A stretch of DNA of 64,000 nt from a virus. Its lineage: Duplodnaviria; Caudoviricetes. The notes under the pieces were generated by a model. It made no database searches. It was not told the DNA's origin and saw only the letters and a program-made list of their open reading frames with translations. Within the stretch, counting starts at the first letter, position 1. Each line of letters begins with the position of its first letter. This document shows positions 38,819 to 48,148 of the stretch, piece after piece. The stretch is from the IMG/VR virus record IMGVR_UViG_3300031466_000001, positions 128,001 through 192,000 of that record. The stretch is one strand, 5' to 3'. The position numbers were made by a program, and so were the translations under genes.

Positions 38819-38894
38819 TAAACAAACGCTGCAAGGAACTATCCTTGCAGCGTTTTTACTGCTTTTTTCACAAAAAAATAAAGAGCAAGAGGTG

Positions 38895-41024
38895 TTATTT
38901 CCTCTTGCTCTTCAGAGACATAATCGGCATACTGCGTAATTTGAAACTCTTGACAGCCTGCTCCATAAAATACTCTTGGACATTGAATGGAACAGGACTT
39001 TTCAAAAGTTCGTACTGATTGTCTTTATTGAGAATGTAGGTGTTGAATGTGTCGCGGAAATACATTTTCAAAATAGACAAGAGTTTATTTCTGGAATTTT
39101 CGTCCGTAATCGGAACCAGAAGTTCAACCCGTCTGTCCAAATTCCGCGTCAACATATCAGCACTTGAAATGAAAATATCTGACTTTCCATTATTGTAGAA
39201 GAAGTAAATTCTACTATGCTCTAGAAATCTACCAACAACACTCTTGATGCTGATGTTCGAATTGATTTTCTTCATCGAGCATATACCTCTACAGATAATG
39301 GATATCTTGACACCCTGCTCAGAGGCCTCATACAGCTTCTTGATAATACCCAGATCAGAAAGGGAGTTAAGCTTCAACGTAATGAAAGCTTGTCTACCCT
39401 TTTGAGCATTCTCGATCTCTCGATCGATAAGCTGATACAATCTCAATCTCAGATTGTACGGAGCATAGAAAATTTTGCTCACTTCGTCTCTGGGATCGGA
39501 GAAACCTGACAAGACATTAAATATCGTCAACAGGTCATCCGCTATTTTGCTGCTGGATGTGAAGTAGGAAATATCGGTATAGATTGACGCAGTCTTGTCG
39601 TTGTAATTTCCTGTACCGATATGGCAATACGTTTTGAGATTTTTCTTTCCTTTCCTCACAACCAATATAAATTTACAATGTGTTTTCAACTCCTCAATAC
39701 CATAGATCAATTTACAGCCGGATACTTTTAGTTTTTCTATCAACGACATATTTCTATTCTCATCAAACCTTGCTTTAATTTCGAGAAGAACACTTACCTG
39801 CTTTCCTCTTTCAGCAGCCCTACACAACGCCTCGACAATCGGGGACTCCGCAGAAGATACTCTATACAGAGTCAATTTGATTGCCAAGACATCATTATCC
39901 TCGGCCGCATGTTCGAGGAATTTGATAACCGGTGTGAACGACTCGTAAGGGTGATGAAGAATGAGATCGCCGTTGTCGATAGCAGTAAACATATCGTGCT
40001 CGCCGATCAGATCTTCTGGATACTGAGGGTTGAACGGGTCGTACTCGTAAGCCGCATTTCTTATCGGCTTACTTAAGAGAAACGACATGTCTACGATGTT
40101 TTCACATTTAAACACTTGCCTCTTGTCAATGTCGAAGATTTTGGTCAGAAGTTTGAGGGTTTCCTTAGGAACATCACTGTCGATATCCATGAAGATGGGT
40201 TTACTAAACTCCCGTTTAATGAGAGTTTCCCTCATTCGGTCGACAATATAAATATCCCGTCTTCCCTCAATTTCAATATCCGCCTCACGAATGATTCTCA
40301 TACATCCCCTATAGATGATACTCTTGTTGATAAATACCTTGTGGAGAAAATTAAAGATAATATCCTCCAACAAGATATATCGTTCTTCATCGCTCTCGTC
40401 AGTCTCAATCTTGTACAAACGATCAAGACCATGGAGTGGGATGATGGACATTACATTCAGATTTGGATTTTTCTTGTCCCCTAGAGAAGCTATTATGCAT
40501 AGCTGCTTAGATTTAATAAGGGGAAATTCTTTGGTTGAGTCAAAGGTGATCGGGGTCAGCAACGGATAAATGTTTCTTTCGAAAAGCTTTCTTACATAAT
40601 CAACTTCCTTTTCACTGAGATGCTTGAACTTACAAATCGTGAAATTGTTTTTACGCAGTTTCTTTCTCAGTTTTTCAAAGCTTTCTTGCTGGATTTCTTT
40701 GAAAGAAATAATTTCCCGGAGCAAGAGTTCATATTCTTGCTCCGGGAGAAGACCAGCAATATCCGTTTCTGTATACCCCAATCTGAGTTTATTAAGGATA
40801 GATGAAAATCTAACCATAATAAACTCATCCAGGTTCGATTCCGTGATACCCAAGAACTTAAGTCTCTCCAAAAGAGGAACCTCAGTTCTCATAGTTTGAT
40901 GGAGAACCCTTTTATTGAACTCCATCCAACTCAATTCACGATTCATATAGAATCCTGGATTATTAAACTTTGACCTAATCCTATCTCTTTCAACGTCGAA
41001 GAGATCACTAAGATTGTTAGTCAT
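38895..41024 (-). CDS. ppk1: Polyphosphate kinase 1
   Basis: NRELSW..FN.RVL, LLERLKFLGI..SNLDEF.MVR, HHPYESF, K.TLYR, EIKARFDE..N, LKTHCK, GTGNYN, RFLEHSR, SSAD...RNLDRRVE. Confidence 0.95.
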   Translation of the reverse strand: MTNNLSDLFDVERDRIRSKFNNPGFYMNRELSWMEFNKRVLHQTMRTEVPLLERLKFLGITESNLDEFIMVRFSSILNKLRLGYTETDIAGLLPEQEYELLLREIISFKEIQQESFEKLRKKLRKNNFTICKFKHLSEKEVDYVRKLFERNIYPLLTPITFDSTKEFPLIKSKQLCIIASLGDKKNPNLNVMSIIPLHGLDRLYKIETDESDEERYILLEDIIFNFLHKVFINKSIIYRGCMRIIREADIEIEGRRDIYIVDRMRETLIKREFSKPIFMDIDSDVPKETLKLLTKIFDIDKRQVFKCENIVDMSFLLSKPIRNAAYEYDPFNPQYPEDLIGEHDMFTAIDNGDLILHHPYESFTPVIKFLEHAAEDNDVLAIKLTLYRVSSAESPIVEALCRAAERGKQVSVLLEIKARFDENRNMSLIEKLKVSGCKLIYGIEELKTHCKFILVVRKGKKNLKTYCHIGTGNYNDKTASIYTDISYFTSSSKIADDLLTIFNVLSGFSDPRDEVSKIFYAPYNLRLRLYQLIDREIENAQKGRQAFITLKLNSLSDLGIIKKLYEASEQGVKISIICRGICSMKKINSNISIKSVVGRFLEHSRIYFFYNNGKSDIFISSADMLTRNLDRRVELLVPITDENSRNKLLSILKMYFRDTFNTYILNKDNQYELLKSPVPFNVQEYFMEQAVKSFKLRSMPIMSLKSKRK

Positions 41025-41096
41025 TATTTTTTACCTCCACAAGGTTCGAATCTTATTACGCTAATAATATATATTTTAACCTACTTTTATTATTTA

Positions 41097-41663
41097 TTAC
41101 CAATATGCTATTTCATTTCTCCACTCAGGAAATTCTTCGGTTAAAATTCTTTCTGCCTCCATACATAATCCTTCGTAGAGTTTATCCATCATTGTGTCCC
41201 AATTAAATACCAATGTTTGTACTTCATCATATGGAAGAATTTTCGCTATATCAATCTCAAAAGACGTCTCAATTGACTTTTTACCAGCATCAGTAAAATG
41301 CATAATGACTCTAGGGATAGCACCATCTTTCCGTATAATTTCCAACTGATAATTAAACCTTTTAAGAAATTTTATGCTGTTTTCTTTTGTGTTGATTTCA
41401 GCCCTAATTCTTCCAAAAGCATCAACCAATTCCTCAGTATGTTTACCAGTTTTAACATGAATCCATCTTTCAGGTAATAGCACTTCGGCAGTCTTATTAT
41501 TTAAGGAAAGCACTTTAAAATCGTTCATTATTAATATAGTAAAAAATCTCTCATTTGCTGGTTGACTAGGAATTACAGTTTTAAAGTTCAATATATGCCT
41601 ATTCTCCATTCTATTGAAAGCAATCTCATAACTGCCCAATATTTTAAGAGTTTCTTCTTTCAT
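41097..41663 (-). CDS. Hypothetical protein (paralog of 41744-42298)
   Basis: LPERW...LVDAFGRIR...FPEWRN.IAYW; RBS GGAGG. Confidence 0.7.
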   Translation of the reverse strand: MKEETLKILGSYEIAFNRMENRHILNFKTVIPSQPANERFFTILIMNDFKVLSLNNKTAEVLLPERWIHVKTGKHTEELVDAFGRIRAEINTKENSIKFLKRFNYQLEIIRKDGAIPRVIMHFTDAGKKSIETSFEIDIAKILPYDEVQTLVFNWDTMMDKLYEGLCMEAERILTEEFPEWRNEIAYW

Positions 41664-41743
41664 AGTTTTTATACCTCCAATTTCCATTTGGAAAAATAAA
41701 AAAAAAATAGATATGTATTCACTCATACATATCTAACTAATTA

Positions 41744-42298
41744 TTATTTCCAATATTTTAATGGATTTTTCCAATTGGGATATTTTACATTCATTATACC
41801 CTCCGCGTGTATCTTAAGGGAATTCATGAAATTTGCTCCTCTGTTGGCATTAATATTATACGAATATGCTTTAAAATTGATAAGATCATTAAGGGAAATA
41901 GACTCTAAGCAAGTATTGTTATCACAATTTATACTAATGATTTTCATCATAATATTAGTAGGTTCCACTGTTTTTCTATCTTTATCATAAGTGTAATCTA
42001 CTATGATTCTATAGCTATAGTATGGTAAAATCTTTACCTGACGTCTTTTATGCTCAATGAGTAATCTCGGTCTACCTTCATTATCTAAAATACAATCCTC
42101 ATAATCAGTGATTTTGCTATATGTCCACCCGTCGGGAAGACCCAAATATACACCCAAGTTATATTTACCAAGTACATTAAAACCATTGTCGATGATAAAT
42201 TTATCAAATGACCCAGAATCTACGACCATTTCATCTGAGCCAAATATTATGTAGTTAGGTATATTTATCCTTTGTTCGTCTCCTGATAAAGTATTCAT
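41744..42298 (-). CDS. Hypothetical protein (paralog of 41097-41663)
   Basis: LPDGW...ILDNEGRPR...YPNWKNPLKYW. Confidence 0.7.
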   Translation of the reverse strand: MNTLSGDEQRINIPNYIIFGSDEMVVDSGSFDKFIIDNGFNVLGKYNLGVYLGLPDGWTYSKITDYEDCILDNEGRPRLLIEHKRRQVKILPYYSYRIIVDYTYDKDRKTVEPTNIMMKIISINCDNNTCLESISLNDLINFKAYSYNINANRGANFMNSLKIHAEGIMNVKYPNWKNPLKYWK

Positions 42299-42397
42299 GA
42301 AGCGCTATCTCCTTCCGGAAAATACCCTATTAGTTTTCTGTAATTTAAAAAATAAAAATATACGTGCTAGCTTATGGACGCGCTAGCACGTATATTT

Positions 42398-43624
42398 TTA
42401 TTTTTCTTCGTCGATCTTGTGAATCCTGGCAATTAAATCATTGATAAGGAAAAGATTAATATACATCAACATCCTATAGGTAGACACTGTGTTAGTCTTA
42501 TTTACAGTAAGGATGAGATTTTCGTAATCAAAACTGTAGTCGGTTTCATTATCAAGAACATCATTATCTTTGAAAACAAAAACTTTTATAAGTGAATCCA
42601 TAGAAATACCTTGTTTAAGATAATATTTAATGCAATTCTTAATTCCATCATTGATTAAATGTGAAACATCCAACGTGTCGGGAGTTCTATTTGTCGAAAC
42701 CTTAAATAGTGGTGCAATATAGAGCTCCCACCCCGCAGGAGGTTCGACTAGATTGTAAAGATTATTTATAGTGAAAATGGGAATGATCTTATTGTCGTTC
42801 TCAATATCGAATTCAATTTGCTCAATAATATCCTTTCTTTCAGTAAAGAAATAATACAAACCGGATGTATTGAATTCAGTGGTAACGGTGAAATTAATTG
42901 CATAGGAGTCGGCAACAAATCCCCTCTTAGATCCATCATCCATAGAAAGACCGGTGAACATAGCATCGACTGTAGCAGGATAATATCTGAAAAACTCATC
43001 ATTTCCTGTAGAATTCTTCATCTTATAGGTAAGAGGATATAAAGAGCATTTATTGAAATAGTCCAAAATGGATTTAATATCATCTCTATCTATTCCGGCA
43101 ACACATGCCACACCTTTGATCAAATTTCTATGGATGTTACTTTCGAGAAATGTATTTATATAGAATGGATGCTCATGCCTTATCACGTTTTTCAAATAAA
43201 AATATTGATTAATTTGTTCCATTTGCTGTTCAACTATAATTGTACAATCAAAATTCATTCTCATACGATTCATTAAGAATTTAATATGAGTATTATTGTC
43301 TTTATCTTCAAAGAATGGTTGCAGGTTTCCATAATCCAAGTCAATATAATTATCGGTTATTCTAGATGTAAGGAGGGTTCCTGCAAGAAAAGCATCATCA
43401 TTAGATTCAATTCTAGGTCTTACAATAAGCATTGGTTTTCTTCTCTTAATAAATTCTTTATTGGTGTTATCGAAAATATTGAAATATCTAAACGCTGCTG
43501 TCGAGGATATGTTCACCGTATTGAAATAGTTCTTAGGAAATAATTTTTTAATATATTCCGTTATAAAAGCGGTCATATTGCCGAATGTATGAGCAAGTGA
43601 CATGTGAGCTACCGCTATCTCCAT
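42398..43624 (-). CDS. Conserved hypothetical protein, possibly structural
   Basis: ~408-aa ORF, RBS AGGAGTG. Confidence 0.6.
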   Translation of the reverse strand: MEIAVAHMSLAHTFGNMTAFITEYIKKLFPKNYFNTVNISSTAAFRYFNIFDNTNKEFIKRRKPMLIVRPRIESNDDAFLAGTLLTSRITDNYIDLDYGNLQPFFEDKDNNTHIKFLMNRMRMNFDCTIIVEQQMEQINQYFYLKNVIRHEHPFYINTFLESNIHRNLIKGVACVAGIDRDDIKSILDYFNKCSLYPLTYKMKNSTGNDEFFRYYPATVDAMFTGLSMDDGSKRGFVADSYAINFTVTTEFNTSGLYYFFTERKDIIEQIEFDIENDNKIIPIFTINNLYNLVEPPAGWELYIAPLFKVSTNRTPDTLDVSHLINDGIKNCIKYYLKQGISMDSLIKVFVFKDNDVLDNETDYSFDYENLILTVNKTNTVSTYRMLMYINLFLINDLIARIHKIDEEK

Positions 43625-43705
43625 TTCGATCACTCCTTTTAAATATTGTTTTTGTGAGTTAAAAGAAAAAAACAAACCTTACCCATCAGGTAAGGTTTGT
43701 TTATC

Positions 43706-44266
43706 TTATTTAAAGAATTGAACGATACCTTTCTCTGTCATAATGCCTCCAATACGCATACCAAAGTGATCCTTTTTCATGATGACCACTTCAAATCCAG
43801 CCTCTTCCAGCGTCTGTAAAGCTTTAGGATGAGCCAATCCCTGATAAGTGAAAATTGCTTCGCAGCATAAGTCATTCAATTCACCATCAGGATCTTCGAT
43901 GAGATTGGCTTTGGAGACGATATTATCATCTGTTTCAATTTCTTTCAGCCGCCTGATAAGATTTTGGACTTTTTCGGCTTTATAATACAATAGTTCTATA
44001 GCGAGATTGAATGGGACTCTAGCTATAGCCCTAACACCGATTGAATACAAATATCTGAAAATTTCTTCTCGTTGGGTCGAAGTTGTATCGAACGTTTTGT
44101 TAACATGAATGCCACCATAGAAGATAGAATCTAAATTTTCTCTGCGATGGCTTTGCAATTCTTCGAGAACGAATATTCCATTCTCATCATTATATTCAAT
44201 GAGTATAAAAGCTCCCTTAAAACGATCTTTATAATAAATAGGTTTTTCAATTTTAATAATTCCCAT
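43706..44266 (-). CDS. Hypothetical early protein
   Basis: Early motif at 44313-44322; RBS AGGAGG. Confidence 0.7.
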   Translation of the reverse strand: MGIIKIEKPIYYKDRFKGAFILIEYNDENGIFVLEELQSHRRENLDSIFYGGIHVNKTFDTTSTQREEIFRYLYSIGVRAIARVPFNLAIELLYYKAEKVQNLIRRLKEIETDDNIVSKANLIEDPDGELNDLCCEAIFTYQGLAHPKALQTLEEAGFEVVIMKKDHFGMRIGGIMTEKGIVQFFK

Positions 44267-44353
44267 GAAGATTTTCCTCCTAAGAATTTATTTATTATTG
44301 ATATTCACGTTTATAATATATATTTTTATAAACTAAATTTACAAAAAAACACT

Positions 44354-44385
44354 AAAAAAATCACTAACGCTTCAACGTTAGTGAT
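44354..44385 (-). terminator. Intrinsic terminator of the putative ncRNA
   Basis: atcactaacg/cgttagtgat stem with a U7 tail on the - strand. Confidence 0.75.
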
Positions 44386-44592
44386 CAAAGTTTTAATCGA
44401 CCAGGCGGCCACCGGAAACCGTCCATCGCGCCCGTCTATGCGCACGAGGTCGCAGCAAAAATAGCCGTCAGGAAAGCGGGTCGCAGGGCAGCGACCGATC
44501 CCCGCTAACCCAGACAGCTCCGGGAAGTGCCGCAATACCGCATGAGGGCTTCGCTCGGCCATCCGCCGAAACACCCGGTGACCGTCCTGGTT
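44354..44592 (-). ncRNA. Structured rod-like non-coding RNA (6S-like candidate)
   Basis: 190-nt core is 66% GC (126/190 counted) in an AT-rich context; 5' and 3' ends pair; AACT-N6-TA promoter (44592-44603) ends right at the stem; own terminator. Confidence 0.7.
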
Positions 44593-44641
44593 ACTAAATA
44601 GTTCCATAAATAATAAAAAAATTATATAATTTTTTTATTAT

Positions 44642-45169
44642 TTATGAAGTTTTTTGTGCTTGATATTTTCTATAATAGTCATCTTTAGTATACAGGGTAT
44701 CCATAAACTTTCCATCTCTCCAAAACTCAACACCTTCGCATCCGGTTCTACTTTCATAGATATCGAAAGCACTATCGATATCCGGGCCATTATATAAAAC
44801 AACAGCCTCACCACGCGAAGATCTGAAGACAAGGAAGAGATCGTTTGCTTTAACATCCATTTTTGTTTTGAGGAACTCTTTTGCCATCATATCACGTGCA
44901 TCCAGTATCTGCTTCTTGATCCTGAATGCATAAAAATCTTTGTCATCGTAAAGATTAATAAATTTTGTGCGTTCTCTTTCTTCTTTATTTTGCATCAGAT
45001 CGATATAGACAATCGAATCCGTATCGATCACAAACCACTTGTCATTGGGATATTTGAATCTGAGATACAGGGACCAGAACTCATTGTGGCTCTGATCATG
45101 AAGATAGCAAACTTTCCTCGTCTTGGAGTAAAGGGCATAGATTTTATACATGTTTGCCATGTTTATCAT
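44642..45169 (-). CDS. Hypothetical protein
   Basis: ORF with RBS, operon context. Confidence 0.65.
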   Translation of the reverse strand: MINMANMYKIYALYSKTRKVCYLHDQSHNEFWSLYLRFKYPNDKWFVIDTDSIVYIDLMQNKEERERTKFINLYDDKDFYAFRIKKQILDARDMMAKEFLKTKMDVKANDLFLVFRSSRGEAVVLYNGPDIDSAFDIYESRTGCEGVEFWRDGKFMDTLYTKDDYYRKYQAQKTS

Positions 45170-45189
45170 CTTCCCTTCATTAAAAATAG

Positions 45190-45909
45190 TTAATTATTAT
45201 TAAATTTATCTTTGAATTCTTTTATGCTGTTAAGATTAAATGAAGAATGTAATTTATCTGCTACCCAAACATCCAACTGGGGTTTTTCTTTCTTATGACG
45301 ATTAAATGCTTTAAGTGCCTTTTCTGAATCAACACCGTTGTACACCGTGGTCATTACGAGATTGGGCATAATTGTAACTTGAAAGATTGGGGCCATTTTA
45401 TTACCAAACAAATTAGTTCCGGGAATTATTTTGAAGTTATTGATATCCTTAAGACTAAGCGTATAAACCGTCTCACGTTTATCAATAACCTCAATCGTGC
45501 CAGGATAATCTTTGGGTACTTTATAACGCTTTTTCAACCACCTGAGATTTTCTTCAACCAATTCCTCTCTGGTATTAAACACTAACCCATAAAAGTTTAT
45601 AACGAGCCAGTTTTGTCCCTCTCCCTTTGCAAACAATTCTGCCGCACTAGGAGGAAGCCCTAAGGCTTCTCCTATTGCCATATTCATATCGAAAGCTCTA
45701 CCTTTCTTTCGACCTTCTCTCATCTTATTTTCAAACTCGATCATCATATCACGAGTTTGAAAAAAGATCATGAATCCCCTATCCAACTTGATAAAAGGAA
45801 AGCCTTTCTCTCTTAAACTGTTAACAAATTCTTTCTCATTATTCTTGAATATAATTGCTGGCTTAAAACCGTCAAGAAAGAATTTAAGTGAGGCATATTG
45901 TGGCTGCAT
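45190..45909 (-). CDS. Hypothetical protein
   Basis: ORF with RBS AAGGAG. Confidence 0.7.
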   Translation of the reverse strand: MQPQYASLKFFLDGFKPAIIFKNNEKEFVNSLREKGFPFIKLDRGFMIFFQTRDMMIEFENKMREGRKKGRAFDMNMAIGEALGLPPSAAELFAKGEGQNWLVINFYGLVFNTREELVEENLRWLKKRYKVPKDYPGTIEVIDKRETVYTLSLKDINNFKIIPGTNLFGNKMAPIFQVTIMPNLVMTTVYNGVDSEKALKAFNRHKKEKPQLDVWVADKLHSSFNLNSIKEFKDKFNNN

Positions 45910-45933
45910 ATAAATCGGCTCCTTATTTATTAA

Positions 45934-46155
45934 TTAATTAATTACTTTTTCTTCAATAATAACACCATATTTATCCAGAACTTCCTTCACACCATTGACA
46001 GAAAACAGTTCTTCGATAAATAATTTGGCCGTATTATGCATATCTTCCAATGTACCGGTTGCAGGTAATTTCAAATTAATATTGCCAATTCCAATAACGA
46101 TGTAGCCAGGCTCTGTATTAATTGAAAGGATTTTCTCTTCAGTAGCTTCCATCAT
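45934..46155 (-). CDS. Hypothetical protein
   Basis: ORF with RBS. Confidence 0.6.
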   Translation of the reverse strand: MMEATEEKILSINTEPGYIVIGIGNINLKLPATGTLEDMHNTAKLFIEELFSVNGVKEVLDKYGVIIEEKVIN

Positions 46156-46214
46156 GTCTTACCACCCATAGTTTTTATTTTTTACCATATTGTACCTGTA
46201 AAAATTAATTGAAA

Positions 46215-46260
46215 AAATGATGATGAGAAGTAGAGTTTTCTCTACTTCTCATCATCATTT
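46215..46260. terminator. 21-bp perfect-stem terminator
   Basis: aaatgatgatgagaagtagag-tttt-ctctacttctcatcatcattt. Confidence 0.75.
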
Positions 46261-47639
46261 TATTCATCGTCGTCGTCATCATCGTAACCGTACGCGCCGG
46301 AGTGGGTCTCTTCAGGAGAAGACATACGATATTTATTGACAAACCTCATTGCAGAGTCGGAACGATTCTTAAACATTTTCAAATGTGCTTCTCTACTAGA
46401 GATTAAGATCTCCCTTGCTTTCTCAAGAGCCTCTTCTATAGTCAACTCTTGATTACCGGCCAAAATATATCGGACTGTCGTCATGAGCTCTTTCAGAGAT
46501 GCCATAGGGAAACCTTCGCTATATTTCACGAAAAGTTCAACCACACCATCATCGCTGTCTGGAATGTTATCATTTTTGAAAGTTTTGTATTCAGCGAGGA
46601 TGTCCCCGATTTTACGGCTTTCAAAGTAATATCTCCGGGTTAATTCCGACGGATTGTCGATCTTATAAGTACGGTCGAAACGACCGGACCTATTCATAAA
46701 TGCTGGGTCAATTTTATCAGGGTAATTAGTAGTTCCGATGAAGAATATGCCAGATTTAACTTCAATACCGTCAAGAATATTCAGTAATTCGGATCGATTA
46801 CGTTCATTGACAAACGAATCAAAGTCTTCGATGATAATGATTGCTTTCTTTCCATCTAACGCTTTCACTAAAGAAGACAAAATCTTCGGAAGATTTCTAA
46901 CTCGAGTAATAACAATTTTAGTGATTTTGGGCAAGCGTCTAATGATTTCACGAATAGTTGCGCTCTTCCCATTACCAGGGTCGCCATAGAGGATGATTCC
47001 TCGCTTATATGGAATCTGCATTTTTTCATAAATTCTCTTAGTTTCGTCCCTGAAAAAGATCTCAATATCATTCATGACTTCACTAAGAGGGGAGTTTTCC
47101 TCAAATACAAGATTTTCATCCGCTACTTTTTTCTTAATTGCAGCAACTGGTCTAATGGGCTCATCGTCATTATCAGTAATTTCGATATACTCACCAGCAC
47201 TACACTTGAAATCGATATCCTTAAATAAGTTCTTGGTTGAATCTTGCCTAAGAAGTTTCTTGATATTTTTAGAAAATTTCCTAAGATAATCTGTATCTAC
47301 TAAAAACACACAATAGATCGAAAAGTTCTTAGTTGTATAGAAGAGAATTGAATTTATCTTTTTGGATACTGCAATACGATGAAAGTTATCGAAATTGATC
47401 GACATGTCAAAAATGTTAACTTCGCTAGGCTGTGGAAGCGTATCGGCATATTTATAAACGTTACCTATATCCTTAAATTTGAATTTTTTCATAATTTCTT
47501 TCATTATTTCTTCTCGATGAACATAAAATTCAATTCTTTGATATTCGCCTTTTTCAAGACAAACTTCATATTCAGGATGTACCTCGTTCACCAACTTGAG
47601 TAACGACTGTTCCATTGAATAACTGAAATCAGATGCCAT
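46260..47639 (-). CDS. AAA+ ATPase
   Basis: IPYKRGIILYGDPGNGKS, IIIEDFD, LNILDG, GTTNYPDKIDPA...RSGRFD. Confidence 0.9.
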   Translation of the reverse strand: MASDFSYSMEQSLLKLVNEVHPEYEVCLEKGEYQRIEFYVHREEIMKEIMKKFKFKDIGNVYKYADTLPQPSEVNIFDMSINFDNFHRIAVSKKINSILFYTTKNFSIYCVFLVDTDYLRKFSKNIKKLLRQDSTKNLFKDIDFKCSAGEYIEITDNDDEPIRPVAAIKKKVADENLVFEENSPLSEVMNDIEIFFRDETKRIYEKMQIPYKRGIILYGDPGNGKSATIREIIRRLPKITKIVITRVRNLPKILSSLVKALDGKKAIIIIEDFDSFVNERNRSELLNILDGIEVKSGIFFIGTTNYPDKIDPAFMNRSGRFDRTYKIDNPSELTRRYYFESRKIGDILAEYKTFKNDNIPDSDDGVVELFVKYSEGFPMASLKELMTTVRYILAGNQELTIEEALEKAREILISSREAHLKMFKNRSDSAMRFVNKYRMSSPEETHSGAYGYDDDDDDE

Positions 47640-47659
47640 TGTACTATATCCTCCTATGT

Positions 47660-48091
47660 TTATTCTGGTCTTTTTTCGCCCACCAACATTTGTAGAGCAA
47701 TGGAATATTTATTTAATCTTTTCAGATCTTTTTCAGTAATTTCTTTCAAACGCTTAGTAATCATATTGTCTTCAATATCAAAAATTTTTATTTTAGTAGC
47801 TAATTCGTTGGTTTTCACTCTCATAATAAAGTCATCGTAAGATTCGTTAGGTCTTCTCGTGAGACAATCAATTGCGTTAATAACTTCCTCAGAAAAACCA
47901 TATTCTCTGAGATTATCAATGGTTATATTAGTATCTTCAACGACATCATGTAAAAGAGCAACGATTCTTTCTTCATCAGTATCACATTTTGTCATAACTC
48001 TAATTGGATGGAGAATATATTGCTCTCCACCTTTATCAACCTGTCCTTTATGAGCATTTGCTGCTATTATAAGAGCTTCCGTCAAGTCCAT
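47660..48091 (-). CDS. HD-domain hydrolase, RelA/SpoT hydrolase-like (small alarmone hydrolase candidate)
   Basis: A..AHKGQVDK.G..YI.HP..V, ALLHDVVED, K..D..DN. Confidence 0.85.
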   Translation of the reverse strand: MDLTEALIIAANAHKGQVDKGGEQYILHPIRVMTKCDTDEERIVALLHDVVEDTNITIDNLREYGFSEEVINAIDCLTRRPNESYDDFIMRVKTNELATKIKIFDIEDNMITKRLKEITEKDLKRLNKYSIALQMLVGEKRPE

Positions 48092-48148
48092 TTTTTTCTC
48101 CCTTCAAAATAATAGGATAAAAAAGAGGATAAGAGAAAACTCTTATCC

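Noticed and set aside
38697-38939. 80-aa + strand ORF
   Set aside because: Runs through terminator hairpins into ppk1; the 43-aa ORF at 38687 with an RBS is the better call
44401-44590. SRP RNA, tRNA or retron ncRNA
   Set aside because: No SRP helix-8 GNRA motif, no cloverleaf and no adjacent reverse transcriptase
44326-44607. 93-aa ORF on the - strand
   Set aside because: No RBS, the start codon lies upstream of the predicted +1, it runs through the terminator, and the GC content is explained by RNA pairing
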